A DNA stretch of 64,000 nucleotides. Source: a virus. The number at the start of each line of letters is the position of its first letter. Position 1 is the stretch's first letter. Positions 19,014 through 28,665 of the stretch are shown here, piece by piece. A program made the translations under genes and the position numbers. The stretch spans positions 26,113 through 90,112 of the IMG/VR virus record IMGVR_UViG_3300023223_001361. One strand, written 5' to 3'. The notes beneath the pieces were generated by a model. The model was not told where the DNA came from and did no database searches. It saw only the letters and a program-made list of their open reading frames with translations.

Positions 19014-21203
19014 ATGTCTAAAGTTGATATATCAGTAAAAGATATTCTTGCTCAGCTTATGGCAACAGAAAAACTTTCGATTGAACATCGTTCTGGTGCT
19101 CATACTGCTGCTTTTGATTTAAAAAACAGAATTCTCATTTTGCCAATTTGGAAAGAAATGGATGACCATCTTTATAATATGTTGATAGGTCATGAAGTTG
19201 GTCATGCTCTTTATACTCCTCAAGATTACATTGAAGAAGTGAAGAAAAATGCTTCACTTAGTTCGTATCTCAATGTTGTTGAGGATGCTAGAATCGAAAA
19301 AATCATCAAAAATGATTTTCCAGGAATTCGACGATCTTTTAGAGAAGCTTACCAACAATTAAATAAGAGAGATTTCTTTGGTAGACAAAAAACAGGTAAT
19401 CTTAAGAAATATGATTTAATTGATCGAATCAATCTCCATTTCAAATTGAATTCTTACATCTCTGAAGAGATTGCTTTTACTGATGAAGAAAAGTTTTGGG
19501 TTGAAAAAGTGGATTCGTGTAAAACTTTTTCTGATGTTGTTAGAGTAGCAAAAGAACTTTTTAAATACCAAAAAGAACAAAACCAACAACAACAAAAAGC
19601 CAAAATTTCAGAAGATGGTGATGGAAAAATTGATTCAGGAACTATGGAAAAGGATAATTCTGAAGAAAATAGTTCCACTTCTGATAGTTCTGAAGAATTT
19701 CAAGATTCTGAAACCAATCAATCCAAAGCTGATCAGGATTCTGATGAAAAAGATAAGAATTTGCAAGATCCCTTTTCCGAAACAGATCAAAATCTTCAGG
19801 AAAATTTAAAAAATCTACGAGATGAATTTGCTGATGAATATGCCTATGTTGATTTTCCAAATCTCTCAAAGGAAGAAATTAGTAATTATATAATTCCTTT
19901 CCAGACAGTTCATAGACAAATTCGAGAGCATTACATTAAAGAATATGAAAGAAATCTTTCTTATACTGAATCTCATCGTGGAGAAAATTGTTGTTGCTTA
20001 AATGAACTTAAAGAGGCAGAAAATAGACTTTCTCAATTTAAATCGGAGAGTATTAAAGTTGTTAATTATCTTGTCAAAGAATTTGAAATGAAAAAAGCAG
20101 CACATATCCATGACAAAACGAGGATTTCTAAAACTGGCGTTATTGATATGAATAAACTTTTTTCTTACAAATATAATGACGATATTTTTAAAAGAAGTTC
20201 AGTTGTTTCCACAGGAAAAAATCATGGTATTTTAATTTTTTTTGATATGTCAAATTCGATGTCTTCTCATATGGCAGGAACTATAGAACAAATGATAAAT
20301 CTCGTTTTGTTCTGTAAGAAAGTTCAAATCCCTTTTGAAGTTTATGGTTTTACGACTTGCGATAATAATTCTCGAATTGATTCAGCCCCAAACGTACCAA
20401 AGAAGGAAATTATTTTAGGAAACCATTTTACATTAAGGAATTATTTTTCTCATCGAATGAATTCTGGACAATTTCAAAATGCTTTAGTCAACATGATGGC
20501 AATTTTACATTATTATGAAATCGCAAAGGAGTATCCCACAAAAAAATATAGTTTACCTACTTCTGAACAATTACACTATACTCCATTGAATCAAACAATA
20601 ATTATTGCTACTCATCTTGTTCCACTCATTCAAAGGAAATATAATATTGAGATAATGAATTGTATCTTCATTACTGATGGATGTCATTATACAGGTGGTC
20701 AAGATTTGAGATTTATAGATTATGATGGTTTTTCGAAATCTTTATGTCAATATCAGAAAATCTTCATCAAAAAAGATAATAAACAATATGAATCGAATTC
20801 GCGGGAAGATAATTTTACAAAAATCTATTTTGAAATATTAAAAAAATCTTGTCAAACAAATAATATTGGCTTCTTTATCCTCCAATCTGGTAAAAGTGGA
20901 TTTGAATCTGTGATTTCCCAAAAAGATAATAATCTCCAAAATAAAAGTAAAACAGAAAAGAAAGATATCATTAATAAGTTATATGATCAATATCAAAATG
21001 ATGGTTTCTTTAATGTTCAAACTGCTGGCTATGATGATTATTTTGTTGTTCCGGGTGGTGATCAGTTAAGAACTCATCAAGGTTATATCCCAGTCAAGCC
21101 AGGAGCTTCACGACTCAAGATAACGAAAGCATTCAAAAAGAGTCAAGCTATTATGATAACTAGTAGAGTTATGCTTTCCAAATTTATCGACAGGATAGTA
21201 TAA
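19014..21203 (+). CDS. HExxH peptidase-like + vWA domain protein (CobT-like partner of CobS)
   Basis: GHEVGHALYTP, NVVEDARIE, acidic linker, DMSNSMS MIDAS-like motif, FITDG. Confidence 0.85.
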   Translation: MSKVDISVKDILAQLMATEKLSIEHRSGAHTAAFDLKNRILILPIWKEMDDHLYNMLIGHEVGHALYTPQDYIEEVKKNASLSSYLNVVEDARIEKIIKNDFPGIRRSFREAYQQLNKRDFFGRQKTGNLKKYDLIDRINLHFKLNSYISEEIAFTDEEKFWVEKVDSCKTFSDVVRVAKELFKYQKEQNQQQQKAKISEDGDGKIDSGTMEKDNSEENSSTSDSSEEFQDSETNQSKADQDSDEKDKNLQDPFSETDQNLQENLKNLRDEFADEYAYVDFPNLSKEEISNYIIPFQTVHRQIREHYIKEYERNLSYTESHRGENCCCLNELKEAENRLSQFKSESIKVVNYLVKEFEMKKAAHIHDKTRISKTGVIDMNKLFSYKYNDDIFKRSSVVSTGKNHGILIFFDMSNSMSSHMAGTIEQMINLVLFCKKVQIPFEVYGFTTCDNNSRIDSAPNVPKKEIILGNHFTLRNYFSHRMNSGQFQNALVNMMAILHYYEIAKEYPTKKYSLPTSEQLHYTPLNQTIIIATHLVPLIQRKYNIEIMNCIFITDGCHYTGGQDLRFIDYDGFSKSLCQYQKIFIKKDNKQYESNSREDNFTKIYFEILKKSCQTNNIGFFILQSGKSGFESVISQKDNNLQNKSKTEKKDIINKLYDQYQNDGFFNVQTAGYDDYFVVPGGDQLRTHQGYIPVKPGASRLKITKAFKKSQAIMITSRVMLSKFIDRIV

Positions 21204-21243
21204 ATGTTTGAAATTATTGAATAAATTTTAAATGGTTAAATGT

Positions 21244-21272
21244 TTGACAGATGTTTATGAATATGACATAAT
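21244..21272 (+). promoter_or_regulatory. sigma70-type promoter
   Basis: TTGACA-17 nt-CATAAT with TG extension. Confidence 0.75.
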
Positions 21273-21295
21273 ATAAGAGTAAGAAGGAGATAAAA

Positions 21296-21523
21296 ATGTC
21301 ACTCAATTTAAAATATGTTAAAGTAGGTGATTTGGTCCAACTGGTTGCTCAATCTGATGCTTATTCAAATCGTATTAAACGACAAATGGCTTCAGTTGAA
21401 AAAATTACTAATAGGATTTATCTTTTTGCCCTTCGGAATAGTTTAAGAAATTTGAGTTTTAGTAATGTGATTTTTGATGTGAAATCTTATGGGAAAGATT
21501 GGTATCTTGAAAATATTGAATAA
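21296..21523 (+). CDS. hypothetical protein
   Basis: RBS AAGGAG; follows promoter. Confidence 0.55.
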   Translation: MSLNLKYVKVGDLVQLVAQSDAYSNRIKRQMASVEKITNRIYLFALRNSLRNLSFSNVIFDVKSYGKDWYLENIE

Positions 21524-21535
21524 TTTGGAGGTATA

Positions 21536-22732
21536 ATGCGTTTAGCTAAAAGAAATAAAGTTCATGAAGAGAGAAAAAATTTTGCTGAGCTTGCTTATGA
21601 AGAATATGGTTCCCCAATTAACAGAAATCAACTTGAATATTTTTGTGCTAAACATGGTTACAGTTGGCCTTCTTGGTTAGTGAAAGGTCATGAATATCGA
21701 GCTGGTTACGGTTTATATTATTTACCTGTAGGAGATTTTGAAAGCGCTTTACCTGAAAAATCAGTTTCAAAAAAACAAAAAGTAGAGAGTATTACAACTT
21801 CAATTGAAAATTATACCAATTTAGAAGAAAAGATAATCCCGGATAAAGATCCTCTTTATGTTCCTTTTGGTCAATTTGAGTTAGTTGAAAAAATAGTTGC
21901 TTCAGGAATTTACTATCCCTTATTTGTCACTGGTCTTTCTGGTAACGGGAAAACTTTTATGATTGAACAGGTTTGTGCCCAAACGAAAAGGAATCTTTTC
22001 CGAGTTAATATTACAATTGAAACTGATGAGGATGATTTACTAGGTGGTTTTCGGTTGATTGATGGTGAAACAGTTTGGTTTAATGGTCCTGTTATTAAAG
22101 CTATGCTTACTGGATCAGTTTTACTTTTAGATGAAATTGATCTTGCAAGTTCTAAAATTCTTTGTTTGCAACCAGTTCTTGAAGGTAAAGGTGTTTTTCT
22201 CAAAAAGATTAATCAATTTGTGAAACCTGCTCCTGGTTTTACTGTTCTCGCAACAGCTAATACTAAAGGTAAAGGTTCTGAAGATGGTCGTTTTATTGGA
22301 ACTAATATTTTAAATGAAGCTTTTCTTGAACGCTTTCCTGTAACAATTGAGCAAGAATATCCTGGTCGATCCGTAGAAGTCAAGATTTTGAGACGTGTTT
22401 TAAAAAGTCACAATATTAATAATCTCGATTTTGCAAAGAGACTTGCAGAATGGGCAGATGCAATTCGTGATACATTTTTTGATGGTGTGATTGATGAATT
22501 AGTTTCAACTCGTCGCCTGGTACATATCGTTAATGCTTATGCGATTGTTAAAGATAAAGAAGAAGCAATCAGACTTTGTATCAATCGTTTTGATGCTAAG
22601 ACGAAAGAAGCTTTCATGCAACTTTGGTCAATGTTTAATCTGTCCCCGGAAGAATTAGAAAGAAATCAACAAAGTGAAAGAGATGAAGAATGGCTAGAAG
22701 AAACGGAAAAAGCAACAACTATTCCTTTTTAA
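21536..22732 (+). CDS. cobS: CobS-like MoxR AAA+ ATPase
   Basis: GLSGNGKT, RVNITIETDEDDLLGGFRL, LLLDEIDL, ATANTKGKGS, NEAFLERF, STRRL. Confidence 0.92.
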   Translation: MRLAKRNKVHEERKNFAELAYEEYGSPINRNQLEYFCAKHGYSWPSWLVKGHEYRAGYGLYYLPVGDFESALPEKSVSKKQKVESITTSIENYTNLEEKIIPDKDPLYVPFGQFELVEKIVASGIYYPLFVTGLSGNGKTFMIEQVCAQTKRNLFRVNITIETDEDDLLGGFRLIDGETVWFNGPVIKAMLTGSVLLLDEIDLASSKILCLQPVLEGKGVFLKKINQFVKPAPGFTVLATANTKGKGSEDGRFIGTNILNEAFLERFPVTIEQEYPGRSVEVKILRRVLKSHNINNLDFAKRLAEWADAIRDTFFDGVIDELVSTRRLVHIVNAYAIVKDKEEAIRLCINRFDAKTKEAFMQLWSMFNLSPEELERNQQSERDEEWLEETEKATTIPF

Positions 22733-22753
22733 TAATTATTAACTCCCTGCTAT

Positions 22754-22772
22754 ACTTACGAAATTCGTAAGT
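22754..22772. promoter_or_regulatory. palindromic operator-like site
   Basis: ACTTACGAA-A-TTCGTAAGT perfect inverted repeat about 27 nt upstream of a -35 box. Confidence 0.5.
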
Positions 22773-22799
22773 TATTGGAATTCTTCGAAAAAATATCTC

Positions 22800-22828
22800 T
22801 TGACTTCTACTAAGGATTATAGTATTAT
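22800..22828 (+). promoter_or_regulatory. sigma70-type promoter
   Basis: TTGACT-17 nt-TATTAT. Confidence 0.6.
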
Positions 22829-22878
22829 AATAATTGAAAAGAAAAAGTGAAATTATTAACTTAATGAAAAGGAAAATT

Positions 22879-23133
22879 ATGATGGCTAAAACACAAATTG
22901 AAAAGGTGCTGAATTTCCTAGCTTCGGGAAAGCAGCTCACAGTAAGTGAAGCTCGTAGTCGTTTTGGTGTGCAGAATCTTCGATCGATAATTGATCGGCT
23001 GCGAAACCGAGATGGTTTTACTATCTACACAAACCAAAAAACATTTAGTCGTGGTCTTCATCGAGGTCGAATGGTTACTACTTATCGTCTTGATAATGCA
23101 GATCAAGAGTTTGTTCTTTCTGGTAGAGGATAA
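22879..23133 (+). CDS. winged helix-turn-helix protein
   Basis: TQIEKVLNFLASGKQLTVSEARSRFGVQNLRSIIDRLR..GFTIYTN. Confidence 0.75.
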   Translation: MMAKTQIEKVLNFLASGKQLTVSEARSRFGVQNLRSIIDRLRNRDGFTIYTNQKTFSRGLHRGRMVTTYRLDNADQEFVLSGRG

Positions 23134-23177
23134 TTCCAGAAAGTGATTTGAAATGATTCCGCCAAGCGGCGCTTGAC

Positions 23178-23206
23178 AAGCGGGAGTAGACTACTCCCGC
23201 TTTATT
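23178..23206 (+). terminator. GC-rich hairpin / terminator
   Basis: AAGCGGGAGTAG..CTACTCCCGCTT followed by TATT. Confidence 0.7.
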
Positions 23207-23229
23207 CAACTATTTAAGGCAATTATATT

Positions 23230-23922
23230 ATGAAAATTTCTTCTGATACTCTTACCGTCCTAAAGAATTTTGCTTCTATTAATCAAGCTTTGCTGGTGAG
23301 AAAAGGAGACGTTCTACAAACTATTTCCCCACAAAATATTATTGTTTCTGAAGCTATTGTTGATGACTCCTTTCCACAAGATTTTGCAATCTATGATTTA
23401 AATAAATTGATTAATGTTGAAAGTTTGCTTGAAGAACCTGATTTCTCATTTAAGAAAACTAATTTACATATTGTTAGCGGAAATCGTTCAGTAAATTATA
23501 TTTATGCAGATCCTTCTAACATTCATACTTTGCCTGAAGGTTTGAAAGAAAAACTTGCAAGTTACCTTTCAAAAGCTGAGATTTCTTTTAAGTTTTCTGA
23601 AGATGATTTTTCTGGAGTTCTAAAAGCTTCTTCGGTAATGGGTTTTGAACATCTTGTAGTTGTTGGAAATGGTGAAGTTATTAGTCTTGTTGCTGAATCA
23701 TCTGGCCCTAAGAAAAAGACACAAGGAAATTTTGTTATTTCTCTTCAAGATACAACAATTCATACATTTAAGATTGTTTTTAATATTGAGCATTTAAAAC
23801 TTCTGCCTGGAAATTATGATGTCAATATTTCATCAAAAGGTATTGGTCATTTTCAGAACAAGGATGTACAAGTTGAATATTGGATTACAGCTCAGAAAGA
23901 ACTAACCGAATTTGGAGAATAG
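23230..23922 (+). CDS. gp45: sliding clamp gp45
   Basis: MKISSDTLTVLKNFASINQ..FPQDFAIYDLN..LKLLPGNYDVNIS. Confidence 0.95.
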   Translation: MKISSDTLTVLKNFASINQALLVRKGDVLQTISPQNIIVSEAIVDDSFPQDFAIYDLNKLINVESLLEEPDFSFKKTNLHIVSGNRSVNYIYADPSNIHTLPEGLKEKLASYLSKAEISFKFSEDDFSGVLKASSVMGFEHLVVVGNGEVISLVAESSGPKKKTQGNFVISLQDTTIHTFKIVFNIEHLKLLPGNYDVNISSKGIGHFQNKDVQVEYWITAQKELTEFGE

Positions 23923-23923
23923 A

Positions 23924-24196
23924 ATGACTGACACAAAACAACTAAGCGACGAACAACTGGCGGAATTCAAGTCTTATGTGCCTGAAGGGCCTATCGACAA
24001 TGTTAGTGTTGATATTAGATACGCGCACGGCGCGATCAGGGAGCTCCTCACAGAAATCTCCCGACTGCGGAAGACGGGCACAAAACTAAACGAGGTAGCA
24101 GCAGAAGCATATCAATACATCGGTTCCAACGGTGAAGGATGGTCGGAAAAACAAACAGTAGAGTTGTTGGACAAGCTTACGGAACAAATCAAATGA
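23924..24196 (+). CDS. hypothetical protein, GC-richer than neighbours
   Basis: AHGAIRELLTEISRLR; many CG-containing codons. Confidence 0.55.
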   Translation: MTDTKQLSDEQLAEFKSYVPEGPIDNVSVDIRYAHGAIRELLTEISRLRKTGTKLNEVAAEAYQYIGSNGEGWSEKQTVELLDKLTEQIK

Positions 24197-24453
24197 CTGA
24201 CAAAAAACCAGAAGTTACACCAAAAGAAACTGTTCAAGAAAATATGGTGCGTCCCAGACCACCAGTAGGAACTTATAATTCTTATGAGAATGAATTTTTA
24301 ACTGTTTTGCATCTTCTTAAATATAATCTACATCTTAATGCTAAAGCAATTGTATTTGCTGGTCTTTTAGCTAAAACATCTACTACTGAAGAAGCTGTTG
24401 AGGCTACTCAAAGAGTTATGGAAGCAATGAGATTGAAAGACGACGTAAAATAA
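24193..24453 (+). CDS. hypothetical protein
   Basis: ATGA-coupled ORF. Confidence 0.5.
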   Translation: MTDKKPEVTPKETVQENMVRPRPPVGTYNSYENEFLTVLHLLKYNLHLNAKAIVFAGLLAKTSTTEEAVEATQRVMEAMRLKDDVK

Positions 24454-24484
24454 TCATTTGGCAACTTGAACGGAAAAATTTATT

Positions 24485-25429
24485 ATGTCTAAGCGTGAAT
24501 CCTTTTTGTGGACCGAGAAATATCGACCTGCCACAATATCCGATTGTATTTTACCCAAACATATTAAAGATGTATTTCGTGGATCACTGAAAAGTGGTGA
24601 GATTACTAACTTTCTACTTTGTGGTAAACCGGGCATGGGAAAGACCACTGTAGCAAAAGCTCTTTGTTCTGAATTGAAACTTGATTATCAGTTTATCAAT
24701 GGTTCAGAACAAAACGGCATTGATGTTCTAAGAACTATGGTGAAGGATTTCGCTTCTTCTGTAAGTCTTATCAGTGATAAAAAGGTTGTCATTATTGATG
24801 AAGCGGATTATATTACTGCTAATGCTCAAGCTGCTTTGCGTGGAATGATTGAAGAATTTTCATCTAATTGTACTTTTATCTTTACTTGTAATTTTGAGAA
24901 TAAAATCATTGACGCTATACACTCTAGATGTGCTGTTGTTCAGTTTGTCGTGAGAGATAAAGATAAACTATCTCTTATACAGGATTTCTACAAAAGAACT
25001 TCTCATATTTTAGAGAAAGAAAATGTGGAGTTTAATAAGGAAGTTCTAGGTAAAGTAATTGTTGATAATTTTCCAGATTTCCGAAGAACTATCAATGAGC
25101 TACAAAGATTTGCTACAGCAAACGGAAAGATTGATGAAGGTATTTTAGCTCAAACGTCAAACATCAATATTGATAGTTTGTTTAAAGCGATCACAAATAA
25201 AAAATATGGTGATTTACGTGAGTGGGTTGTTGAATCTCTTGATAATGATTCGACAAAGATTTATCGACAAATCTATGATGCACTTGCGGATTATTTGGAG
25301 CCTGGTAGCGTGCCAATGGCAGTTATGATTCTTGGAGATTATCAATATAAAGCTGCATTTGCGGCAGATCACGAAATCAATTTACTAGCTTGTTTAACTG
25401 AAATTTGGAAAGATTGTGAGTTTAAGTAA
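24485..25429 (+). CDS. gp44: clamp loader large subunit gp44
   Basis: LWTEKYRP, GKPGMGKTT, IIDEAD, SRC. Confidence 0.97.
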   Translation: MSKRESFLWTEKYRPATISDCILPKHIKDVFRGSLKSGEITNFLLCGKPGMGKTTVAKALCSELKLDYQFINGSEQNGIDVLRTMVKDFASSVSLISDKKVVIIDEADYITANAQAALRGMIEEFSSNCTFIFTCNFENKIIDAIHSRCAVVQFVVRDKDKLSLIQDFYKRTSHILEKENVEFNKEVLGKVIVDNFPDFRRTINELQRFATANGKIDEGILAQTSNINIDSLFKAITNKKYGDLREWVVESLDNDSTKIYRQIYDALADYLEPGSVPMAVMILGDYQYKAAFAADHEINLLACLTEIWKDCEFK

Positions 25430-25896
25430 TGTCCGCACGATATGAAGCTGAGCTAAAGAGATTAAGTATGTTGCTCAAACAATTAGTTGGCGAAGAAGTG
25501 GAATGGCAAGCGCAAGAAGGTAGACGCGCTGCCGACCTGAAGCGGTTGGAGGAGCTGGAGGACTCGCTTACAGGCAAAGCAACTACTCCGCTTGAATTAA
25601 TAGAAGAGCTTGATTTTGTTTGCAAACAAAAGGACGAAGTAATCGAAATAGCCCGTCGTGCGAGCGCCGGAGATGGAGAACCGGTCCGGACTGTGGTCCA
25701 TCCACCGCTCTTTGTGAATACGAAAGTATTTGAAGAACAATGCCGAAAATGGGCGAAGAAACCATCAGCCGAGCAATTGAAGCGGTGGAAGAACGCGATA
25801 CAGAATTTTGAGTGGTTTTCTCATGTAGAAGCACCACTTTATGATGCCGCCCGTGAAATGCTGGATTTTTTAAAAGATGACAAAAGAACCAACTAA
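25429..25896 (+). CDS. hypothetical protein, GC-richer
   Basis: Coupled to gp44 stop; C-terminus resembles the next ORF. Confidence 0.55.
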   Translation: MSARYEAELKRLSMLLKQLVGEEVEWQAQEGRRAADLKRLEELEDSLTGKATTPLELIEELDFVCKQKDEVIEIARRASAGDGEPVRTVVHPPLFVNTKVFEEQCRKWAKKPSAEQLKRWKNAIQNFEWFSHVEAPLYDAAREMLDFLKDDKRTN

Positions 25897-26056
25897 AGAA
25901 CAATTAGAGCGGTGGGAAGCATTTCTCAATCAGGTAGTAATAATGGAAACGTCTCCACTTCTTTCGACTATCGAAAGTATCTATGTTCGAAATATACATG
26001 AAGCACTAGGTGCCGCCAAAGAAATGTTGGAGTTGTTGAAAGGTGAAAGCAGATGA
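25877..26056 (+). CDS. 59-aa hypothetical protein, similar to C-terminus of previous ORF
   Basis: MTKEPTKEQLERW...AAKEMLELLK vs KPSAEQLKRW...AAREMLDFLK. Confidence 0.5.
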   Translation: MTKEPTKEQLERWEAFLNQVVIMETSPLLSTIESIYVRNIHEALGAAKEMLELLKGESR

Positions 26057-26077
26057 CAACGCCTGGAGGTGGATTAA

Positions 26078-26732
26078 GTGAATAATTGGCAAGAAATACT
26101 TTCCGAAGAATGTAAAAGGGATTACTTTATTAAAATTCAATCTTTTCTTCGGGAAAAGAGAAAAGAAGGCATTACTGTTTACCCAAAGAAAGAAGATTTA
26201 TTTGCTGCTTTTTCTCTTACACCATTTGAAAAGATTAAAGTTGTAATTTTAGGTCAAGATCCTTATCATGGTATGAATCAAGCTCATGGTTTGGCTTTTT
26301 CAGTACATGATAAGATTCAAATTCCACCATCTTTGCAAAATATTTTCAAAGAATTGATGCGTGATGTTGGTAATGTGACTATTTGTGAAGGTGGATGTCT
26401 TATTAATTGGGCAAAACAAGGTGTGTTATTGTTAAATTCAGTTTTTAGTGTAGAAGCCGGTCACCCAGGGTCACATTCTAATATTTGTTGGCAGCGTTTT
26501 AGTGATTTTGTTATCGAATCAATTAATAAAGAACATAAAGGAATTATTTTTCTTCTTTGGGGGTGCATATGCACAATCAAAAGAAAATCTTATTGATAAG
26601 AAAAAACATTATGTATTGAAAACTTCTCACCCTTCTCCTTTATCTGCCCATCATGGATTTTTGGGATGTGGTCATTTTTCAGAAGTAAATCGTATTTTAT
26701 GTGAACAGAACAAACAAGAAATTAATTGGTGA
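26078..26732 (+). pseudogene. ung: uracil-DNA glycosylase (family 1) broken by a frameshift (one extra G) at the G5 run 26559-26563
   Basis: Frame 1: VVILGQDPYHG, PPSLQNI, WAKQGVLLLN, FLLWG; frame 2: AYAQSK, SHPSPLSA, GFLGCGHFS. Removing one G restores FLLWGAYAQSK. Confidence 0.85.
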
Positions 26733-26737
26733 TTAAA

Positions 26738-27118
26738 ATGAAAGAAACATTAGTTCAAATTGGAGACGTTATTAAATCCGAAATGTTTGGTTGTGTTTCT
26801 GTGCTGGGTCGACAGGTTCCTATCAAAAAAGGTAAACATGGCGTGATGCAAGTGGTTGAATTTATCGATGAAACTTTAGCTGATGCAGAGTTTGTTGTCG
26901 AGGAGACAAAATCTAAGGGAGGGGGAATCGGACATGGTCCACATGACATTTATCCAAATGGATGGCATGTTACTGCAAGAAAATTATCAAAAGATGGAAG
27001 TTATAATCCAGATGGTGAGGTTATCAAATTTTACCAAAGTGGTGCTTTCTCAAATAAGATATCAGAAGTGGAAGTTGTGGGCAAGATGGAAATAAGTAAA
27101 AGTTTTGTAAGATTATAA
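26738..27118 (+). CDS. hypothetical protein
   Basis: GGGIGHGPHDIYPNGWHVTARKL...FYQSG. Confidence 0.55.
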   Translation: MKETLVQIGDVIKSEMFGCVSVLGRQVPIKKGKHGVMQVVEFIDETLADAEFVVEETKSKGGGIGHGPHDIYPNGWHVTARKLSKDGSYNPDGEVIKFYQSGAFSNKISEVEVVGKMEISKSFVRL

Positions 27119-27119
27119 T

Positions 27120-27506
27120 ATGGCAGAAATAAAGCTATTTGATTTTCTCAATTCCATTAACTTCACGAAAGAAGATATTTTGACTGAAGAAAATCAGAAA
27201 GAGTATACACCTTATGTCATTAATCATTTTTTATCTGGGACGATGGATACCATTCTTGCTGCCAATGAGATGAATATTAGACATCATCTAGATAAACGAA
27301 TGCAATATGATTTTTTGAAAAGGATTGTTCGTAAAAGGAAAAGATTTACTAAGTGGTTGAAACCAGATAAGTTTGATAAGATAGATGCTATCAAAGAATA
27401 TTATGGTTACAGTAACAATAAAGCTAAGTCCGTTGCAGATTTAGTCTCGGATGAGGAATTAGAACATATGCTCAAACGCCTGGAAAAAGGAGGCGTCAAA
27501 AAGTAA
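27120..27506 (+). CDS. gp62: clamp loader small subunit gp62
   Basis: LFDFLNSINFTK..YTPYVIN..ANEMN..MQYDFL..RKRFTKW..IKEYYGYS..KGG. Confidence 0.93.
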   Translation: MAEIKLFDFLNSINFTKEDILTEENQKEYTPYVINHFLSGTMDTILAANEMNIRHHLDKRMQYDFLKRIVRKRKRFTKWLKPDKFDKIDAIKEYYGYSNNKAKSVADLVSDEELEHMLKRLEKGGVKK

Positions 27507-27551
27507 AAATCCTATTATCCTAAATAATTACAGTATTATTTTACATTACTG

Positions 27552-28004
27552 ATGATAGGATTGAAAATGAGCAATGTTGTAGATGATTTAATTGAGGTGA
27601 AGTTAAAAGCTCCAGATGATTTTTTGAAAGTTCGAGAGACTCTAACAAGAATCGGTGTTGCTTCCCGGCACGAAAAAACTCTCTATCAGAGTTGTCATAT
27701 TCTTCATAAACGAGACAAAAAAGTTAAAGATGAAACTACAGGTTTAGGCTTGAGCAGATATTATATAGTTCATTTCAAGGAACTTTTTAAATTGGATGGA
27801 AAACCTACTAATATGGATGAAAGTGATATTGCTCGGAGAAATACAATAGCTAATATTTTGGAAGAGTGGGGCTTAGTTGAATTAGTTGATTCGGAGAAAA
27901 GTGAAAATCCAGTAGCACCAATCAGTCAGATTAAAATACTTCCTTTTAAAGAAAAAGAAAACTGGACTCTAGCAGCAAAATATAATATCGGTAATAAAAA
28001 ATAA
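27552..28004 (+). CDS. regA: translational repressor RegA
   Basis: PDDFLKVRETLTRIGVAS, LYQSCHILHK, YYIVHFKELF, RRNTIA; ~12-aa insertion after HK. Confidence 0.96.
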   Translation: MIGLKMSNVVDDLIEVKLKAPDDFLKVRETLTRIGVASRHEKTLYQSCHILHKRDKKVKDETTGLGLSRYYIVHFKELFKLDGKPTNMDESDIARRNTIANILEEWGLVELVDSEKSENPVAPISQIKILPFKEKENWTLAAKYNIGNKK

Positions 28005-28138
28005 TGATTTTAATAATTGGTTATACCGTTTTAATTTCTTTGTTGATATATCAAATTATCTTCACAGTCAATTTAAACAAAACAAGAAAGAAACGAAAAA
28101 TAAATGTAGAGGAAATTATTAAAAAATATTTTGATTGA
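28004..28138 (+). CDS. 44-aa membrane-anchored peptide
   Basis: MILIIGYTVLISLLIYQIIFTV followed by a basic tail; TAATG coupling. Confidence 0.4.
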   Translation: MILIIGYTVLISLLIYQIIFTVNLNKTRKKRKINVEEIIKKYFD

Positions 28139-28158
28139 TTATTTACAGGTGATTTATT

Positions 28159-28665
28159 ATGAACGAATTTTTTCGTGTTAGTGATCAAGTTATTCCTCCA
28201 AAATATGCTACAGATGGTTCTTCTTGTTTTGATATTTGTGCTTATTTGCCAGCAGAAAAACATGTTCAATTCAAAATGTCCAGCAATATAAATTTTTTTC
28301 GCATGGTAATGAATAGTCATACAGTTATATCTCCAGGAGAAAGAGCTCTTATTCCAACAGGTTTACATTTTAATATTCATTCAGGATACGAATTAAAACT
28401 TTATTCTCGTTCCGGCATTCCTTGGAAACACAATATTACTGTTCATAATGGTGTTGGTGTTATTGATAGTGATTATATTAATGAGCTTTTTGTGATGTTA
28501 CAGAATCATGGTAGTAAGACTTTTATTATCAATCATGGTGATAGGATTGCTCAAGCTCAGTTTGTAAAGATTTTGAGAAAACCTTTAAAAGAAACTGTGA
28601 TTAAACCTACTCAAAAAACTAGTAGAATTGGTGGTTTTGGATCAACTGGAGTAAATAAATTATGA
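28159..28665 (+). CDS. dut: trimeric dUTPase
   Basis: SRSG, GVIDSDY, GDRIAQ, RIGGFGSTG. Confidence 0.95.
   Translation: MNEFFRVSDQVIPPKYATDGSSCFDICAYLPAEKHVQFKMSSNINFFRMVMNSHTVISPGERALIPTGLHFNIHSGYELKLYSRSGIPWKHNITVHNGVGVIDSDYINELFVMLQNHGSKTFIINHGDRIAQAQFVKILRKPLKETVIKPTQKTSRIGGFGSTGVNKL

Noticed and set aside
26078-28665. Uracil-substituted genome suggested by broken ung
   Set aside because: An intact dUTPase argues against dU-DNA, and the ung lesion is a single homopolymer base.
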